Shown here piece after piece: positions 27,781 through 32,000 of a stretch of DNA of 32,000 nt. Made by a program: the position numbers and the translations under genes. The notes under the pieces were generated by a model. That model worked only from the letters and a program-made list of their open reading frames with translations, was not told the DNA's origin and ran no database searches. Positions within the stretch are counted from its first letter, which is position 1. Each line of letters starts with the position of its first letter. This DNA comes from Candidatus Kuenenia stuttgartensis (GTDB taxonomy: Bacteria > Planctomycetota > Brocadiia > Brocadiales > Brocadiaceae), in the NCBI RefSeq assembly GCF_900232105.1, contig NZ_LT934425.1, forward strand, positions 2,730,001 through 2,762,000. Direction: 5' to 3'.

Positions 27781-30700
27781 TTACCATGTACCGCTTATAT
27801 AAATTGAAAAATCTATCCCCTTCGTATAGGAGGTTCTGACCTCGTCATTTCCTAAATAACCCGGCGGCCTATATACCTCTTCAATTTCAGGGTTAAGCAG
27901 GTTTTTCGCCTTAAACGTTATGTTAAAGTGTTTCCCGATATTTTTTGAAGCGCTGAAATTAAGCGTGCCGTATTCCGTTGCATAGACGTCCGGCACATAG
28001 TTTCCGTTTACATTTCCCGCACCGGCCACCAGCGTATCTCCTTTCACCGTATAAAAAAGCCCTATTTGCGTACCAATGCGTTCAATATCATACATTGTGT
28101 AAATATTGTACAGATATTCAGGCGCATTCATCATATTGCGGCTGGTCGTTTCCACCCCGGCATCGGCAAGCCGTGTTCGTTCGCTCTCAGGAAGCGTCAC
28201 TTCCGAGTCAATAAACGTTGCGTTGCCTCCTATCGAAATACCCTTCAGCACATCCCAGAAATAGCCCAGATGCTGTCGTGTCTCTACTTCAAAACCGGTC
28301 AATTTCCCTTCAGGAAAATTCAGCGGGGTCGTAAATGAAAAAGCGTTCACCAGATCCTGCACGTATTCAATGGGGTCTTCTATGTCTTTATGGAACCAGG
28401 AGACTGATACCAAGCCGCCATTATAGGGAGTATAGTCGAGCCGCAGGTCGTAATTTTTTAGTGCACTCATTTGCAGTGCATTATTTCCGATAAAAACATC
28501 GTCACCCAGAAATTCCTGCTGTTGAATCGGAGTAAGTTCCTTAAAAGTCGGACGCGCCACGGTTTCACTAAATGAACCGCGCAATGTGATCTTGCTAAAG
28601 GGTCTCAATACAAATCCGAGTGAAGGCAACACATCATCCTGACAATACGCGACGTCCGCATCTCCAGGAAGCAGGTCAACGTATAGACGATTCCCGTTTT
28701 CATCGGTAGTAACCCATTTAGCGTCTTTTTCAGGGTCATTTATTACGTTCAGTTTCGTTGTTTCATAGCGTGCTCCGCCAATCACATTGAGGAATGAGCA
28801 GAGGGGTAAGTCCGCCATGTAGTACCATGCCGAAATCTTCTGTTCTCCCTCGTAGTCGACATCAACAAAGGGAGGGCCGTCTTTCATTGTAGGGCCGCCC
28901 AAGTCAAGGAATTCGTCGCTATAAGAATAGTCATCCCATGATCCTTCATACGTTGGAATAGCGCTATCCCCCGTTAGCCGGTAATTGCCATATGAATCCT
29001 GATCATACTTACGATCTACCTTATCCGTGAAAAGCCCTAATTTCACATATCCTTTATCTCCGCTCCATTGCTCAAAAGGGAATTTCAGATTTAAAAAATA
29101 CTGGTTACTTTTTTCTGAAATATCGGTCCATGTCCGTGATGCATTTCCCAGCAGGAAGTTTGCAGCAGGCGTGTATGGGCCATAATAAGCGGGTTTGTAT
29201 TCCGGATCGATTCCATAAACCGGAGACCCTTCATCATACGATTCTGCATACCATGCAGAACCAAATTGCCGTTTGTCAGGTTCATTAAGACCTGAAAAAC
29301 TCATGGCAACTGTCCAGTCGATTTTAGGAGAGAGTATTGTAAAGAAATCATTAATGCCCGCTTCAGAGAACGGCACGGTATGATCTCCTGTAAATTGTAG
29401 TGTATCGGTCTCCCTTTCCGTATATTTTAACGTTTCAGTTCTGAGGTAGGGGGCTGCAAACCTATTGTCCGGGTCATTCCCCAGCCCTTTCGGGTCGTTT
29501 GGGTCATATCCGGGGAAATAGTATGCCTTGCCCCTGGTATCTTCAGCAAGAATCGACTTGTCCTCCGTAACCTGGGTATGCATATGAAGCGCTTGCAGCG
29601 AATGGTTTTTTATTTCCATCCCAATTGCGCTTAAAACACCCCATTGCACTTCTTCAGATGACTCCGTGACATCAAATAGAGAGGTTTTAAAATCTTCTCC
29701 AACAGCGGGTATGGGTGGATCGGGTGGGGAGTCGGGGTTTCCATACTGCGGAGTCAGCCCATCGCCCCTGTATTTGCTGTCAACCCACAAAGCATCATCG
29801 ATACCATTGTCGAAATGCGAACTGTCCTTCTTATAATAGGAACTGACAAGCCCCCCTACGCTGATGCCCTTCCCCAATTCAATTCTTCCCCCGGCGGCCA
29901 TCGACATTGAATAATCAATTGGCGCTTCGTCTCCGATAACTCCCATTGAACCGGTAAATACACCGTCCGAAGGGATATCCCTGCTTTTCTTGTCTATCCC
30001 CCAGAAATTCACTCCTCCACCCTTGTAGGTGAGGAAATTATCGTTACCTGCCGCCTGCGTGTTATATTCATATCCAGTTTTAAATCTGATTACATTTTTA
30101 TCAGGAATACCTTTCAGCACCACATTCACAGCGCCACCGGATGCATCGCCCTGTTGATCCGGTGTAAATGTTTTGCTTACCTGAATGCTTTCTATTACTT
30201 CCGTAGGAAATTGGTCCAACTGTACGGCACGTTTATCCGGGTCCGCGGTAGGCAGCCGCACGCCGTTCATTTGTGAACTGACATATCTGTCCGGCAGCCC
30301 TCGCACGACAGCAAATTTGCCGTCTTGCACCGTAGCGCCCGATACAAGACTCAATGCACTTGCCGCATCAGTCACTCCTGCCTGACGTAGCCATTCTGAA
30401 CTAATGGAATCCAGAAGTGCCGGGCTTTCAGCACGAAGCTCCATAAGGCCCGCCTCTGTATCTCCTGTACGAATATCCTCAACAATAAACTCTTCCATAT
30501 CCGTAAACTCTCCCGACAATGAAACTTCAACTTCCGTCATCTTCCCTGGAGAAACCACCACATTTGCCTGCACCTGACGGGTATAACCGCTTTTCGAAAA
30601 GATAAGCGTATAGCTGCCTGGAGCTACATGGTCAAACAAATATATTCCTTCGTCTGTAGCAATTATCTTATCTCCCGTTTCTGCAATAGTAACCTGTACA

Positions 30701-30831
30701 GTAGCCAATGGCGCATCAAACTCCTTGTCATACACAATCCCACGAATTGAGCCTTTCTGTTGAGCGAAAGCAACACCTGCAAATAATAATGACAAGATGA
30801 TGCTTAAACAGCCACTCCGTTTATTCGTCAT
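27781..30831 (-). CDS. TonB-dependent receptor with N-terminal carboxypeptidase-like repeat
   Basis: 1016 aa, signal peptide, GSIRGIVYDKEFDAPLATVQVTIAETGDK (CarboxypepD-reg-like), plug ALSLVSGATVQDGKFAVVRGLPDRYVSSQMNG, C-terminal beta-barrel ending in YTKGIDFSIYISGTW. Confidence 0.93.
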   Translation of the reverse strand: MTNKRSGCLSIILSLLFAGVAFAQQKGSIRGIVYDKEFDAPLATVQVTIAETGDKIIATDEGIYLFDHVAPGSYTLIFSKSGYTRQVQANVVVSPGKMTEVEVSLSGEFTDMEEFIVEDIRTGDTEAGLMELRAESPALLDSISSEWLRQAGVTDAASALSLVSGATVQDGKFAVVRGLPDRYVSSQMNGVRLPTADPDKRAVQLDQFPTEVIESIQVSKTFTPDQQGDASGGAVNVVLKGIPDKNVIRFKTGYEYNTQAAGNDNFLTYKGGGVNFWGIDKKSRDIPSDGVFTGSMGVIGDEAPIDYSMSMAAGGRIELGKGISVGGLVSSYYKKDSSHFDNGIDDALWVDSKYRGDGLTPQYGNPDSPPDPPIPAVGEDFKTSLFDVTESSEEVQWGVLSAIGMEIKNHSLQALHMHTQVTEDKSILAEDTRGKAYYFPGYDPNDPKGLGNDPDNRFAAPYLRTETLKYTERETDTLQFTGDHTVPFSEAGINDFFTILSPKIDWTVAMSFSGLNEPDKRQFGSAWYAESYDEGSPVYGIDPEYKPAYYGPYTPAANFLLGNASRTWTDISEKSNQYFLNLKFPFEQWSGDKGYVKLGLFTDKVDRKYDQDSYGNYRLTGDSAIPTYEGSWDDYSYSDEFLDLGGPTMKDGPPFVDVDYEGEQKISAWYYMADLPLCSFLNVIGGARYETTKLNVINDPEKDAKWVTTDENGNRLYVDLLPGDADVAYCQDDVLPSLGFVLRPFSKITLRGSFSETVARPTFKELTPIQQQEFLGDDVFIGNNALQMSALKNYDLRLDYTPYNGGLVSVSWFHKDIEDPIEYVQDLVNAFSFTTPLNFPEGKLTGFEVETRQHLGYFWDVLKGISIGGNATFIDSEVTLPESERTRLADAGVETTSRNMMNAPEYLYNIYTMYDIERIGTQIGLFYTVKGDTLVAGAGNVNGNYVPDVYATEYGTLNFSASKNIGKHFNITFKAKNLLNPEIEEVYRPPGYLGNDEVRTSYTKGIDFSIYISGTW

Positions 30832-30881
30832 TTTTAAACAAATCTACCTTTTCTGCCAGAATTCAAACTAATCATTTTATA

Positions 30882-31244
30882 GGAGCATTCCTGATTTTTT
30901 GTAACAGTTTAGATTTTTGGAAAAACAAAAATGCTCGTTCCCAAGCTCCGGCTTGGGAACGTAATTGCGTTGGGAGCTCTAGCTTCCATTTAGCAAGTAA
31001 GCGAAGCTTTGCGTATTATTCGGTTCAAAAGAGGTCTCCAAATATCTTGGGTAACATACTGAAAAGCCTCCAAGCTGACATCATGGGTTCATTCCCTTTT
31101 CCATTCGAAGCTGGAGCTTCTCAAACAATCCCGTTCCCAAATCGGAGCTTGGGAACGAGCGGTTTTTTTCATAGGACTAAAGTGTTACAATCTTTTGTAA
31201 AAAAACAAAATGTGTGAAGATATACAAAAAATCGGGAATGCACC
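30882..31244. repeat. Second MITE-like family (copy B)
   Basis: TIRs GGAGCATTCCTGATTTTTTGTA (from 30882) and TACAAAAAATCGGGAATGCACCCC (to about 31244), matching the 18617-18755 ends. Confidence 0.6.
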
Positions 31245-31306
31245 CCATTTTATTTGCATAAGTACGTTTTATATTTATAGGGTTAAGAAATAATTTATTA
31301 TTTTAT

Positions 31307-31993
31307 TCACCAGGGATCGCCAAGTCCCTCTTTAATACCGCGTATTCTGCCCCACAATTCAACATCAGGCTCTACACCATGCAGCGCCATAGATAAACAG
31401 GCGGCAGATAAATCTTCTGCCCGTGGTCTGGAATTGGGATTTTCAACGCCTTCCTGAATCGCCATCGCATATATTTGAAGCGCTTCCTCTGTGTTACCCA
31501 TTGCCTGATACGCTTCGGCTAATGGCAGCAACGCTCCTGCCCGGTAGATAGTAATTATTTTTTCTTTCTGCAAATTATAAAAATTAAGGATATCGCCGGC
31601 ATCTGCCATTGCTTTTTGCCTGTCACCTGCCAAATAACGCAGCCTGGATACCCTGGACATAAGTGAAACATAATGTTCAGGCCGCCATTGTGCTGAATCA
31701 ATAATCGATTGCGTTTCATTTACCAATTCAAGCGTCTTCGGCTGGTCGGCATGGTCCAGCGCAAATCCTGCCAGTCCCATAAGTAGATCAATGCGCTTAA
31801 ATACCGGAAGTACTTCCCATGATGCTTTAAGCTTCTCTTCCGCCAGCATACGCCACCCCTTGTTTTCATAAAATCTGTTAAATAATTTAGCGCAAGCCTC
31901 CAATGCATTTACGATTGCGTCATAATTTCCAGATTCAATCCATGCATCCAGCGCATCCATTTGTTTCTCAAAATGATCTTCACTGGCAATCAT
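31307..31993 (-). CDS. TPR-like protein, probably truncated by the window edge
   Basis: At least 228 aa with helical repeats; the frame remains open upstream of the listed Met to the window end. Confidence 0.7.
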   Translation of the reverse strand: MIASEDHFEKQMDALDAWIESGNYDAIVNALEACAKLFNRFYENKGWRMLAEEKLKASWEVLPVFKRIDLLMGLAGFALDHADQPKTLELVNETQSIIDSAQWRPEHYVSLMSRVSRLRYLAGDRQKAMADAGDILNFYNLQKEKIITIYRAGALLPLAEAYQAMGNTEEALQIYAMAIQEGVENPNSRPRAEDLSAACLSMALHGVEPDVELWGRIRGIKEGLGDPW

Positions 31994-32000
31994 CGCCCGA

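Noticed and set aside
22153-31993. TonB/ExbB/DUF3450/receptor cluster as a novel system
   Set aside because: The TPR-TonB-ExbD-ExbB-MotA/TolQ/ExbB-DUF3450-TonB-dependent receptor set is a known transport arrangement; substrate is unknown but the architecture is not new.

Overview
This looks like a bacterial chromosomal window, possibly from an anammox-type planctomycete (lineage inferred, not tested). It has an accessory/defence island at about 2.1-18.8 kb, flanked by ordinary genes. Left edge: glnS. Island: (i) a putative integron-like gene cassette, bounded by two attC-like structures (3290-3417 and 7770-7814). It holds an ORF-less group II intron, a caspase-like protease ORF, and a multi-TM partner gene split by an IS1634-family-like insertion. 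Removing the IS plus one CTAG target duplication restores the partner frame exactly. (ii) A composite type I restriction-modification locus in the order hsdR - ORF6N/PLD-like - dinD fragment - KilA-N fragment - unknown 518-aa ORF module - hsdR 3' remnant - dinD - hsdS - hsdM, with a frameshift near the hsdR start and an in-frame stop in hsdM. (iii) Small TIR-bounded non-autonomous repeats. Right part, minus strand: an EAL-CBS-GGDEF protein, a zinc-ribbon protein, a PsiE-family protein, and a TonB/ExbD/ExbB/MotA-TolQ-ExbB/DUF3450/TonB-dependent receptor cluster with TPR proteins. The strongest lead for an undescribed system is the caspase-like + 4-TM pair. Its original state can be reconstructed from the sequence, and it sits directly behind a group II intron.
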